NCBI GenBank assembly: GCA_013239625.1
Contig: MU053365.1
Coordinates: forward strand, 310,001-374,000
DNA length: 64,000 bases
Direction of reading: 5' to 3'
From: Lama guanicoe
Lineage: Eukaryota
The notes beneath the pieces were generated by a model. That model saw nothing but the letters and a program-made list of their open reading frames with translations, did no database searches and was not told where the DNA came from. A program made the translations under genes and the position numbers. Shown here piece by piece: positions 23,592 to 36,095 of this stretch (its first letter is position 1; every line of letters begins with the position of its first letter).

Positions 23592-26249
23592 CTGAGCTGA
23601 CTGCTGGCCTATTCACCGAAGCTCTAAAGGAGCTGGTAACTGGACAAATAGGGAGAGGACAGCTGGAGAGGAAGGCAGGAGCCGGGTCACACAAATCCTT
23701 CTTGACTTCATCCTGGGGTGATGGGGAGGGAGTCTGTTAAGGATTTGAAGTGGGGGGAATGGCATAATCAGATTGGCATGTTAGAAAGATGCCTGTGGCT
23801 GCTGTGTGGACAGGATGTACTGGGGGGAGAGGGCAAGAGTAGAGGCAGAGAGACCATCGCTCCAGTGCCAGAAGGCAGAGCTCTGAGCTGTCGAGTGTGC
23901 CAAGCAGGTGCCAGTCAGGCCCCCTGAGCCAGCTGTGGGGCTGATCCCCGCTGCTCACCTTGCCCTCGCTCTTCTCACTCCTGCCCGTAGAGGACCCCAG
24001 GTGCAGTGGCCTCTTCCCATGTCTGTGTGGGATACGTGAGTGTGCACATGCCCGCAGACTCTGCACCCAGCAACCAGTCCTGCCGCTGAGCCCCAGATAC
24101 CCTGCCTTGGACACCCTGTCATCAGATCAGTTTCCACATAGCCGTTGGTTACAGCAGGCCAACAGGTCCGTGTGGTCAGCTGGACTCCCCAGCCATCTGA
24201 TTTCCAGTTCCCGTCACCGCCTCTTTAGCCAGTCTGATTTCGCTTTGTTGTCGTCCTGCAGATCACAGCCTGTGAACTATGCAAAGCCATCGGAAGAGAA
24301 AATGTAACTGTGACACAGTGGACGACATGTCTGGGCCATCGGGGAGTGTGGGTATTGAACTCATGAGATTCAGCAGTTCAGGGGGATGGGGTTCAGCTGT
24401 ACTAATGGCTGGGTGGTGGGGGTGAGGCTGGCCAGATGTGCACACGCCTTCCAGCTGCAGACTCTCAGAGCTGGGTGAGCACTTTAGGCGCATGGACTTC
24501 GACCCCCTTAATCTGTCAACAGAGAAACTGAGGCACAGAGAGGCGTGTGGGATTGCCCGGAAGCACACGTGGTTGGACTGTATGACTGAGTGATGGGAAG
24601 TGGGCAGCAACGGAAGGAGGAGGATGGGAAGGTCTGCCTGGACCTCAGTTTCCCCACCTGAGCAATGAGGGGCTCAGGCTGGGATTCAAATGCAATACGT
24701 GGTCCTTGGCTCCTATCCAGGTTCATCTGAAATGCCCGCAGGTACCTTTCCCCATCCCCCGTTGTCACCTCATCCATGATGGGCAAGGGAGAGGCTTCAA
24801 GGACAACAGTTTCACAGCAGCGCCTGCGTAGTCCCACGTTCCACAGAGAGCATCCAAGAAAGCCCGCCAGACCCGGGCCGCTGGAATTCAATGAGGTGGG
24901 GAAGAAAATCCCTACCAGCTCCAAAATTTACACCTGAGCAAAAATAAAATTTTATCCAAACAGCAAACCTGCTCGGCTGCAAGTTTAATAAGCTATTAAA
25001 CGGCACCATCTGAAACCTGCAATCAAAGCAAGAACACTGTAAAATAAATCAAGAGAGATAAGAAGAGATTTCATATTGTTAAAAGTTTATGCTATTTCTG
25101 ACTTCCCGAAATGTTTCCATTAACCTGGGAGTTAATCAGCGTTTTTCATTTACCCGTTGTTCGGAGCCATAATGAGCACTTTAACAGGGTAAATAAAAAG
25201 ATCTAAAGAAGCAATAAACGCGAATGTCACAAGTGGCAGTCGTCTACCTTGTGAGGCTCGTGCGGGACAAAGCGTCGCACAGCTGGAAACAAGCGATTCC
25301 TCCGAACACTGTAAATAACCTCCAAGCCCGCTCCTAATTAAAGCGAAGCCCCACCTCCTCGTGGGCACCGCCTGCGCGACCCAATTAAGGCAATACCATT
25401 TCTTTCCCGAAAGGGCCCTCCCTCATTCTCTCCCTCTCGCTCTCTCTTCTCTCTCCTTCTCTCTTTCTCTCTCTAAAGAATTTCCACCAAAGAGCTGGCC
25501 CCCTGATGTTCCTGAGCTGCAGTAATGAGACATCCCTGCTTTAAGCAAATTTTGCACCTGTAACCTGCAGAAATATAGCCGTAGCATTTGAAAAATTACC
25601 TCCATGCCGCACGGTGCCATGAAAATTTATCTTTGAGATGATTTTATTGCATGGTTACCCTAGGCAATTAAATCAATAAATCTTAACTGTCAGGAAGGTT
25701 GGCCCCATGCCAGAAATAAATGAAATGCGCAAAATCAGTAAATAAAAGGTTCCTGACAACTCATTCCAGAAATTATTTAGCAGTTGGGGTTGTAGGGGGT
25801 TTCTGTTTCACTCCCCAGCCTTTATTGACATGCTTTCTGAGAAATGATTATGCTAACAAACACAATGGCTCCACTACAAAGCAGTCAGAGTTTGCCAGGC
25901 CATAAATTATAGGCCCTGAAAGGCAGGAAGGAAATACAGCCACCCGGCCAGAGGTGGTAGGCCAGGACCAGCCCGGGCTGGGGACAGGGCTAGGGAGCAG
26001 CTGGCTCCCTGATGCCCCGGGGAGGGCCCCGGCCCTGTCTCTTCCCCTTGGCTACTACATCCTCATCCCACTGACCTTTGCCCTGATGGGAGGCGCCCTC
26101 TCCTCAGGGGCCCGACTTGCTTGGCCTGGCTCATCCCGCTGCACCGCCCGTGGTCCCTAGCAGCCTCTCAGTCTAAGGAAGTTTACGCTTGTGGGTAAGA
26201 TCTGTCTGCCATTCTCCATTTCCAGAAACAATTCCAGTACCAAATGGGA

Positions 26250-26283
26250 GTGTGTGTGTGCGCGCGCGCGCGCGCGTGTGTGT
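26250..26283. repeat. Compound (TG)n(CG)8(TG)n microsatellite
   Basis: gtgtgtgtgtgcgcgcgcgcgcgcgcgtgtgtgt. Confidence 0.95.
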
Positions 26284-26769
26284 TAGTGTGGGGGGTGCGG
26301 AGGGAGGGGCCGCTCTGTTAATAACAACAGTGCTGACAGTTGTGTTTCTCCTAGGCTACGCACCCTTTAGATGGCTTCAACACTTGGGGGCGTTTAATGA
26401 GCCCCTTTTACAGATGAGAAAACCGCGACTCAGAAAGGTTAAATGATGTGTTGCAGATGACTTGGCAAGCAGCAGAGTGGCAATTCAGGCCAAGGCCAGC
26501 CTCCTTATGGCTCCGTCTCACAACACCTATGCTGTCTATAGCGCCGGATTCGTGGACCCAATGAGCTGAGAACGGAAGCCAGTGTTTGGACCATTCTTAC
26601 CTTAGTTCCCAGGCTTTTTTCTCCTCTGCATTCTACCTCCCCTGGTGATAAGTGCACCCAATTAAGGATCTTTGGGGGATGCCCTCACAGAGATGACAAG
26701 GCTAGATGGCACTGTTGTGTGGGCAATGAGGCTGATGGGCATGTTTGAGGGCCATCTGAAAGCCTGAGC

Positions 26770-27112
26770 AGGGCCTGTGCTAAGCCCTACCCCAGGGCCT
26801 TTGCACATGCTGCTTCTCTTTCTGGTTTGACTACTTTCAGATTTCAGTTCAATTGGCACCTTCTTAGTGACACCTTCCTCAACTTGCCAAACTTCCTCAT
26901 TACAGGCTCTTATAGCACCAGGCGATTCTTCCTCACATAGTCACTTTCTTTGCAATTTCACATTTATTTGTGTGATTATCTGCTAAATGGCTCTCTGTCC
27001 CACTGGCCCATAAGCTCCATGAGGGCAGGGGCAGGGGAGGGCCTGGTTTTGCTCCCCCAGGAAGTCCCAGAACCTCAAATTGTGCACATGACTATTTACC
27101 ACATGAATGGAT
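26770..27112 (+). mobile_element. L2 3' region
   Basis: cccagggcctttgcacatgctg..taagctccatgagggcagggg..(gaat/ggat) tail. Confidence 0.7.
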
Positions 27113-27120
27113 GAGGACGG

Positions 27121-27531
27121 GGTAGTCACTTCCTGGGGCAGCCATAACAAAGCCCCACCAATGAGGGGCTTAAACAACATAAATGCATTATCTCCAGGTC
27201 TGGAGGCTCAAAATCTGAGATCAAGGTGTGGGCAGGGCTGGCTCCTTCCAAGGGCCAGAAGGGCAGGATCTGTCCAGACCCCTCTCCTGGGCTTGTAGAC
27301 ACTGTGTTCATGTTCACATGGCATTCTTCCTGTAGGCAAGTCTTTCCAAATGTCCCTTTTTGTAATGACACCAATCAGATTGGATTGGGGCCCAGCCTAA
27401 TGACCTCATTTTAACCTGATACAAGGCTCTGTCTCCAAATAAGTTCACATTCTAAGGTCCTGGGACTTAAGACTCCAACATAGAATTTTTGGGGGAGGAA
27501 TGGGGGGAGGAGACACAATTCAAGCCATAAC
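27121..27531 (-). mobile_element. MaLR LTR (MLT1C-like)
   Basis: gccataacaaag..ggcttaaacaacataaatgcattatctccaggtctggaggc..ggagacacaattcaagccataac. Confidence 0.8.
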
Positions 27532-28779
27532 TAAAGGCCACTGGCCCAGAGGCAGAAATTATTCAGATGTCTCAATGGCAACATTTCAAATTGTTCTTCA
27601 GGCCAGAGCTAAGGAGAATAAGAGATCTCTCCCCAGCTCGCTCCTGCAACCCTGCACGTCTCAGTCCAGGCACCCATCCCTGGGAGGACTGTGGCCAGGG
27701 CTGCACAGGGGTCTCCTGCAGCTGGGAGAGGGCCGGACTAACCCAAAGGTATGGACCCAGAGCCAAGGCCTCAGGCTTGGGTGCCTCCAGGTCAAGGCCT
27801 GTTTTCTTTTCACTTGGGGAGCACTCCGGAGAAGAACGGACTCAGGAGGACTCTGCAGGGCTGCGGATGGGGCAGGGGCTGCCCAGAGAGATAAGGGCTA
27901 AGTCTGCGGAACAGAAATCCCACAGGACCCACACGGGATGCTGTGTTGCAAGGAAACAGCTCTGGGTGGGGGCTGCAGAGCCCAAGGAAAAGGGACAGAA
28001 GTGTGCATAAACTCGAGACGGAGGCTTGGAGAAATAAGGCTCGGCCCCTTGGTGAGACTTATGCTATCTGGGGAGCAGGGCTCCGCTCTTCCAGGAGGGC
28101 CTGGGGAATGGTAGGGGTGGGGCAGGAAAGCAAGTTGTCCCTGGCAATTCCCCAGGGCAGGAAACCCCAAGTCATCTTAGGGTAGTTGCAGCTATAGTCA
28201 AAAGGAAAGAGCCACTGAGCTGCACCCTGCCCACTGGGACAGTGGGGCCCCCGGGGGAGGTGGGAGCTGCTGGGAGCCAGCCCACCGCGTCATCCCGCGG
28301 TCCCTGGGAGGGAGGAGCGGCATCCGATGGGGAGCTTTTCCTCCTGCTTTCGGATTGGTGCTCTCCTTTGAGCTTCAGCTAATGCAAATCTCTTTTTATA
28401 ATTCTTGCTGGCAAGTTCCCAGGGCAGATAATTCCCCATCAGCCCATCATGAGCACCAAGGGGGTTATTTTCAAATTAATGGTTTGAAGCAAAATACGAA
28501 CATTGTTTTTGAACTGGGGGCTGAGAGATGGCAAAGGCGCAGTGTCTAATAACTAAGTGCAAACTTTGCAGTGACAGCCACAAGATTTCAAAATAATAAT
28601 AATTTGCATTTGATAGCACCTTTCTTCCGACTAATGAGCTTAACACAATTAATTCATTAATTGATTATGCTCCCCTAAGCAGCACAGAAGTAAAGGTTGC
28701 TCGAGTAGTTTTCTGCTTGGAGAAACTAAGGCAGAGACAAAAGGACTATATTGATGGTAGAGCCACAGTTCAAGGAGCT

Positions 28780-28968
28780 TTATGTGCAGATAAACAGCAA
28801 GGTACTACCGTACAGCACAGGGAACTCTATTCAATATTTTGTAATAACATTTAATGAAAAAGATTATGAAAATGAATATATGTGTTTATATGCATGACTG
28901 GGACTCTGTGCTGCACACCAGAAATTGACCCATTGCAACTGACTATACTTCCATTAAAAAAAAAAAAG
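28780..28968 (+). mobile_element. Short L1 3' end with A tail
   Basis: cagataaacagcaaggtactaccgtacagcacagggaactctattcaatat..ctgactatacttcc + poly(A). Confidence 0.8.
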
Positions 28969-29058
28969 CAGCAGCTCTAGGTCCACTGCTCCAGAGATTG
29001 TGGGGAGCGGAGAGAGCCAGAGAGACAGGAGATGAAGTCTTCTGGTGTCAAAGAGGCT

Positions 29059-29310
29059 TGTGGCAGGCAGAAGTCTAAGATGGCCTCAAGATTCCCATCC
29101 CTAGTATGCCTGCCTTGTGTAAGCTCCCGTGAGTGTGGGCAAGACCCTTGAGTAGAAGGAATGTCACTTGTGTGATTGGGCTACATTATATGGAAATGGT
29201 GCCCGGATTATGTAGAAGTAATTAAGGCCCCTAATCAGTATGATCTGAGTTCATCACAATGGTGATTATCCTGAGTGGGCCTGACCTAATCAGGAGAGTC
29301 CTTTAAAAGT
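29059..29310 (+). mobile_element. MaLR LTR 5' part (MLT1E-like)
   Basis: tgtggcaggcagaagtctaagatggcctcaagattccc..gtaattaaggcccctaatcag..gattatcctgagtgggcctgacctaatcagg. Confidence 0.75.
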
Positions 29311-29720
29311 CAGTCCAGAGGATGGACTCCTTTTCCTGATGCCAACTTCTAGAGGGAGGCAGGGAGACTCGCTGGGAAATTGTTGAGGTTGTCCACATGA
29401 TGATGATGAGAACTTCAAGGGAGACAGTGGCCAGGGTGAGGATGGCAGAGGCCAGAGTTCAGAATCATTTTCAGGCATAAACTAATGATGCATTTGAATT
29501 AGAAAGGGTCTGAGAGAGGATCCAGGGCAAGGCAATGCGCTGTGACATTACTGAGCAATGAATAAGCCAGAAAAATCTTTGTGGAGCATGAGTTGTCAAG
29601 TTTTAGAGTGAAGAAGATAATTTTTATATTAAGATAAACATAGCCATGGAGTCTTATGGAACAGAATGCAAACAATACAAACATTTTTGGATGAAATAGG
29701 GGCTTAAAAGAAAGTATCTG

Positions 29721-29991
29721 AAATGAACTTACTTTCAAAGCAGAAACAGACTCACAGATACAGAAAGCAAACTTATGGTTGCTGGCGGGGAGGTGGGAAG
29801 GGAGGTGGAGGCATAAATTAGGAGTTTGGGATTAGCAGATACACACTGATATATATATATATAAGAACTATATTCAATATCTTGTAATAACCTATAATGG
29901 AAAAGAATATGAAATAGATATGTATAACTGAATCACTGTGTTATACACCAGAAACTAACACAACACTGTAAATCAACTCTACTTCAATAAA
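29721..29991 (+). mobile_element. Short L1 3' end
   Basis: aaatgaacttactttcaaagcagaaacagactcacaga..; TSD aaaagaaagt(a/g)tctg 29706-29720 and 29992-30006. Confidence 0.85.
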
Positions 29992-32314
29992 AAAAGAAAG
30001 TGTCTGCTTTCAGTACATTTTTTGGGTGATGCCTCAGACTTTGGGGGAGGATGAGTAGACAACAAGGGTACATTTTACGTCTCCTCCATCCTTAAGGAGA
30101 AGAACCAGCCTGGGTGCCATTTGTCCTCTGTCAGGACTTACAGGCCATGCCTCAGTCCTTGTTTTCTCAGGCATCAAGAAAGCTGTTGTCATTCTCACTG
30201 TCCCCACAGGACACTGAGATGCAGAAGAGGGACAGCTACCAGGGAGTTCGTGCAGGCCTCAGATGCAAACCTGGGCCTCCTCTTTTGCCTCCAACTAAAG
30301 GTTATACTCTAAGGCATAGCTTAACTCATAAAGGGGTATGATTTGCCCTTGACAATTGAGTTAGTAATTCTTTGTGGATGACTATTTCTGTTTGTAACTG
30401 ATTCCATGGGTATTTTAAGAATATTCAGAGATCCAAGGAGGACACCATGGGTCTGGATGTGAGCTCCCAAGCCCAAACCTCTTCTGGGTTTTGAATGACT
30501 TTTGATTCCCTGCCAGAGGCAGGCTATGGACCCAGAAATTCAGCCATCCACAGGATCGAGTCCAACAGCGCCAGACCCTGGACAAGGGGCGGGGTGAGAT
30601 ATCGGCTACAGCCCCAGGTGGAGAATCTTTGGTTAGGAAAAAAAAGATTCTTAATCCCGGCTGCAGGTTGGAGCAGCTTCCTCCCTGGGCTTTGGCGGTA
30701 GGCGGATGGGAGAGGGGTACCCAAATCAAGAATCAGAGTTTCTGGGCTGGGCCAGGAGTTGATAGGATATCCAGCTCAGCCAAGGTTGAGGGGCCCTGAG
30801 TCAGAGGGCGGGAGGTGAGCTGGACCCTCAGTTCAGAGCTCGGGCAGAGGCCCCCTACCAAGCCGGCTAGAATGTGGGACTGGGCGGGCAGCCAGTAGGG
30901 CAGGAGCTGGGCCTGAGTGACAAAGGGCCCCAGGGGTGTCTGGGCCTCCCCTGGGGGGAGCTGACTCTTTCCCAGGGAAGGCTCAGCCTCAGGATGTGTT
31001 TGGCAGCTAGCGCAGGACTTGTTCAGTGAGTCAAGGCCAAGACTCGGCCAGTTTAGAAGGTGCCTGGGGAACTTGTGGGCTGCCAGGAGAGGACCGCACG
31101 TGGATCCTGCCATCACTGCCTGTCACTTGATTCTTCAGGGCCCTTTTTGCTGCCTGGGTGTACTGAGTTTGAAGGATTGGGGGATGAGTGAGGAAAGATG
31201 TGACCACGAGGGGGCAGTCGCACGCAACAGGCTTTATTTGGGTGACACTGGCAGGTTCACATGTGGGGTGGGGGTGTCCTTCACAGGATGAGACCTTCTA
31301 GGGGCCTCTAGCCGGAAGAGGAAGAGAGCTCGGTGAAAGCGTCTAGGCTATGTGCTCAGCAGCCTGACGGGAGCCTCTGGGCCCAACATTTCGGTGGGCA
31401 GCAGCGGGGTGAGGTCCTTGCAGCCCCAGGGTTTACCTTATCTACGGCTAGCAGATGTTGGGCAAAGTTTCTAGGTGATATGAAGCAAGTAGGCTCTAAA
31501 TGGGTAAAAATCTGCTTATTTGGGCTCTATTTAAAACAAATGAATGTGTAAAATTTTGAGCTTTTGGCCAGCAGGCTTTTGAGCTAACCGGTTTCAGCCT
31601 ACTGTGACAAAGTAAATGGCACAGGGGCCAGTGTGCAGAAGCCATCATTTATCTCACTTCACACCTTGAGACTCATGGGAAGCTCTGCCCCTTCTGCTTA
31701 GTCTGGAGTTTTCTGTCCCACAAATGCTTCAGGCCAACAAAGGCTTGTGTGTGTGTGTGTGTGTAGGGGGTGTATGTGTGTGTGGGGGGTCTTTCTAAAC
31801 GAACCTCTTTGAGGGAACCTCCCTCCCTGCTCCCTGGGTTATGCTGTGTCCTCAGAGCCGGGAATTGTGGGAGAATCTCAGCTCATCCCCATCATCCTCT
31901 GCCCAGGGCCTGTCTTATTTGGGAAATAGGAAAATGTTCAAGTGAGTTGTGGTTTGAACTACCTGGGAAATTCCGGGAGTGTTACAAAAGCATGAGACGA
32001 AATCCCTTCCCTGGAGAAGAGCACTCTGGGCTTGGGTTCCTGCAGGATGTCTTCTCTAGAGAACTGGAAGCACTGTTAATTCCTGATCCCTCTCCACTCT
32101 CAAATTCTTTCTCCCACCACCCTCAAGAAGGTGGGTTGGATGAAGGATGGAGAGTCACAGGGCTAGAAAGACAGGGCTCGAAGGCCATTTCCTGCCCCCT
32201 GCTTGCCTCCTGAACTCGTGCACTAGGTCCTGTGACTGTCAGTCCCAGTAGAGCCCCAGCTCACGATCCACATATAACTTATCACAGTTGCAAAGGGCCC
32301 AGAGAATGCGTGCT

Positions 32315-32850
32315 GTTACTGTCGGGTCTAGCTGTTTGTCACTCAAAAACCAATACTTGAGAGAGGCAAGTGTTGGTAGAAAGGAAAGCTGCTGTTAATC
32401 AGAATGCCAGCAATCTGGAGAGATGATTCAGTGTCCCCCAAAGACCATCTCCGAAGATTCTTCTCAGCCATGAAAGCCATCAAAGGGAAAAGGGGAAGTA
32501 ACCTCAGTTAACCAGTCACAGTCGTCACCATCCCCCACTGCGTGCAAGCTTGTCGACTTCTCGTGATCTTTTCTTTAGATTCTACCTTGTTGACACAGTT
32601 TGTTCATGAGATTACCGAAGGCGAAGCTAGGGAAGAGATCTGGTCATCTGTTCATCACTTAGTCTTCATTCCTACTTCTCTGATCTAGGAAAGAACCAGC
32701 CAGGTTAGGAAAGGTACTGTGGGATCAGAAGATGCGAAAGGTGTGCTGGGGCCGGAGATGAGTAGGGCGTGGGGGCGCCTGGTTCAAGGTTAGTGACAAG
32801 GCAAGAGAGATTTCCTGCTGAGGGCAGTTTCCTGCAAAGAGCTGCTTACA
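32315..32850 (-). mobile_element. Solo ERV1-type LTR (536 bp)
   Basis: TG...CA termini (tgttac..cttaca), flanking 4-mers gtgc/gtgt, internal ccaatacttgagagaggcaagtgttggtagaaaggaaagc typical of an antisense artiodactyl LTR. Confidence 0.7.
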
Positions 32851-33784
32851 GTGTCAATTTCAAATGGCCGCACCTGAAACTTACAGGCAAAATCCTCCTT
32901 AACAAATTACATAGATCCCGCTCTGCCACAGCTGAAGCTTTTATATTTTATTTCCTTTTCGAAAAAAGGGGGAACGGGGACAAAATTGCCCACCAAGCCC
33001 AAAAGGTGTTTCCTGGAGAAACTCACAAAGGTCAACGTGTTCTTTGTCCAAAGCGTGAGGCTCCAGTGAACTCCCAGTCCCCGACGTGGGCCGTCGCACT
33101 GCCGCTGCCTACACACTTGTAGTGCAGCTGCCACCAGCAAGGCACCCTTGCAGTTGCCTCACTAACACCCTCAGAGGGCGAAGACTGTTGGCCTTGATAA
33201 TGGCAGTGTGTCGGGGGGCATTCTTTGGGGGCAGCACGCTCCTCAGTGTTGCCAAGAAGGGATGTAGGATGAGACACCTGTGTTGATGACGTCTTGCTCA
33301 TCTCTGGGAAGCAGGGAAAAGGCTGGTATTATCAACTCCGTTTTGTAAAGGAAGGAAGCGGGGCATGGAAAGGTGAGCTGTTTCCTCTAAGCCCTCTAAG
33401 CTCTAAAATCCTGCTTCAAATCTCCCCCCGGAATGCGCTCCTTCCCTTTCGCACTGGTGTCCACACGGCAGAGACAAGGAGTTAAGCCCCACCAGGCCTG
33501 TCTGTGAAGTGGACTGATTAAATGCTCAGCCAATACAATCCTGATCATGACCCCAGCCAGACGGTCCAGCTGGCCAAAAAGTGGTACCCTCTTTTCTATT
33601 TGCTACTTCCAAACGTAAGGGGTCCTATCTCACCAAATCTTTCCTGAGTTGCTGACTCCACCCAGGTCCTGATCTCAGTCTTCATGGAAGGAGGCATCTC
33701 TGGAAGGCTGGCCCAGTGCTTTTCTTTTAGAGTTCTCTGGAAGGACCAAGAGGACATCCTTCCCTGAGGGCTCAGGGTCCTTCT

Positions 33785-33865
33785 TTTTTTTTTTAATTTT
33801 GTAAATTTAAGTATAGTTGATTTACAACTTTGTCTTAGTTTCAGGTGTACAACAGGGATTCAGAT

Positions 33866-33896
<31 letters not shown>

Positions 33897-34685
33897 CACA
33901 TTCCTTTTCAGATACTTTTCCATTATAGGTTATCACAAGATTTTGAATATAGTTCCCTGTGCTATATGTAAGTCCTTGCTGTTTATCTATGTTATATAAA
34001 GAAGTGTGTATCTGTTAATCCCAAGCTTGTAATTTATCCCTCCCCTCCCCCTTCCCCCTGGTAACCATAAGTTTGTTTGTTTACTATGTCTGTGAGTCTG
34101 TTTCTGTTTTGTAAATAAAAGTTCATTTGTGTCATTTTTTTTTAGATTCCACATATAAGTGATATCATATGATACTTGTCTTTGACCTACTTCACTTAGT
34201 AGGATCATTTCTAGGTTCATCCATGTTGCTGCAAATTAAATTATTTAATTCTTTTTATTGTTGAGTAGTATTCCATTGTATAAATATACCACACTGCTTT
34301 ATCCAGTCATCTGTCGATGGACATTTAGGCTGTTTCCATTCTTGGCTATTGTAAATAGTGCTGCTATGAACATTGGGGTGCAGGTGTCATCCTGAGTAGG
34401 GTTCCTTCTGGAGATATGCCCAGGAGTGGGAGTCCTGGGTCATATGGTAAGTCTCTTCCTAGTCTTTTGAGGAATCTCCATACTGTTTTCCACAGTGGCT
34501 GCACCAACTGCATTCCCACCAGCAGTGTAGGAGGGTTCCCTTTCTCCACAGCCTCTCCAGCATTTGTCATTGGTGGACTTTTGAATGATGGCCCTTCTGA
34601 CCAATATGAGATGAGACCTTATTGTAGTTTTGATCCACATTTCTCTAATAATTAGCCATGTTGAGCATCTTTTCTTGTGCCTGTT
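33785..34685 (-). mobile_element. 5'-truncated L1 (ORF2 tail + 3' UTR)
   Basis: Peptides [34 protein letters not shown] and [16 protein letters not shown]; poly(T) head. Confidence 0.88.
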
Positions 34686-34769
34686 GAAGACCCTTCTTTA
34701 CTTTTGTTTCTAGAATAAAATGATGCTCTAGCAGCAATAGTATTATACGTGATAGTGAGAAGCAAGAGA

Positions 34770-34987
34770 TGGTAGTGGTTAAGGTCAAGGGCTTTGGGGC
34801 CACACTGTCTAAATTCTGGCTGTGTGACTTTAGGCAAGCTGCTTAACCTCTCTGTGCCTCTGTTTTGTCATCTATGAATCAGGAATATAACAGTACCTAT
34901 CTCATAGGGCCATTAGGAGGATTATGTAAGTTAATATGGAAGAAAGTGCTAGAACAGTGCCTGGCACACAGTAAGTACTGCATAAAC
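34770..34987 (+). mobile_element. MIR SINE
   Basis: Core ggctgtgtgactttaggcaagctgcttaacctctctgtgcctctgttttgtcatctatgaa..agaacagtgcctggcacacagtaagtact. Confidence 0.85.
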
Positions 34988-36089
34988 TGACCAAAGAGCA
35001 TAATCCAATTTTTAAAAATCTCTTTGTGTTTTTCCTCCCAGCTCGTCTCTGCACTCATGCATATGTTTACCTAGGCATGATGATAATTTATGACATCTGT
35101 TTTTTTTTGAGCGAAGTAGAAAACAACTGGGTTGCTTGAGAACAAATTTATAATCTGTTTAGGTCTATTTACTCAGAGCAAATATTTCTTCATTATCTCA
35201 TAAGAAAAATGTTCATGTTTACCGATATTGTAGGGTTCACATTTTGGAAAGGATTTGGAATTCTTCGTGCTAGTGTCATGGGCATCAGTTTCAGCCACAT
35301 TTAGCTACATCAGTGTTCACACCTGGACTCCGAGGATGCAGTGTCAAACTATCCGGCCACACCAAATGCAGTTCGCTTGTTCACAGGAAATTCAGCTAAG
35401 CTGATGGTTGATGTGGCGTTGATGTTCAAGTGCTCTGTGCTGTGTAGTGTTTTAGCGCTGCAATTTCTCACTTTGTCTGGCCAGGGAATATACTTCATAC
35501 AAGTGAAATTTCTAGATACCCAGAGCCTCCTTTTGCACTGCCTGGGAAATACTGAACATTTTGAAGGGAATAGCTCTGAAATACATGGCATGCTCTTCTC
35601 CCTTAGTAAAAAGGATCTACTTAAGATGACTTAACCTTTTCCTGATGACTTGAAATCATTATTGTGACCTAAAATTACCACCTAGGTTGCCCGCCCAGGC
35701 CATGCCCCCACAGTAAACTGCCATACTCTCCTGTGCTTTTAAGTTTTCAGTCTAGTTTTATCATTTCCTCTGTCTCTCTTCTCAGCAGCCACTCCATTTG
35801 TGACTTTGTACTAAGCCTTTTTGTGCTGTGCTACTAAGGGTCCAGAAAACTAAACATTTGACATTTTTCTCTTAAGTGGGCTTTGAATGATAGCCCAAAG
35901 GTCCCTCATAAAATAAATTGGCTTTGTGAGAGTTATGTCCTTCCCTGCTCTCACTTTTAAAGGTGTTGAAGTAAGTGGGCACACTGAGCATGCATTATAA
36001 AGCAAAAGGCGTGGTGACTTGGTGCTTGTGGCTGCAGAATCTGTAAGCAGAAATAATCTACAGGTCTAAAGTGAGATTTTCATAAAAAT

Positions 36090-36095
36090 TTTATT
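36090..36095 (-). terminator. AFF2: Distal AFF2 polyadenylation signal AATAAA
   Basis: Minus strand aaatgcaaAATAAAatttttatgaaaatctc in an AU-rich context, near where the repeat-free sequence ends. Confidence 0.65.
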
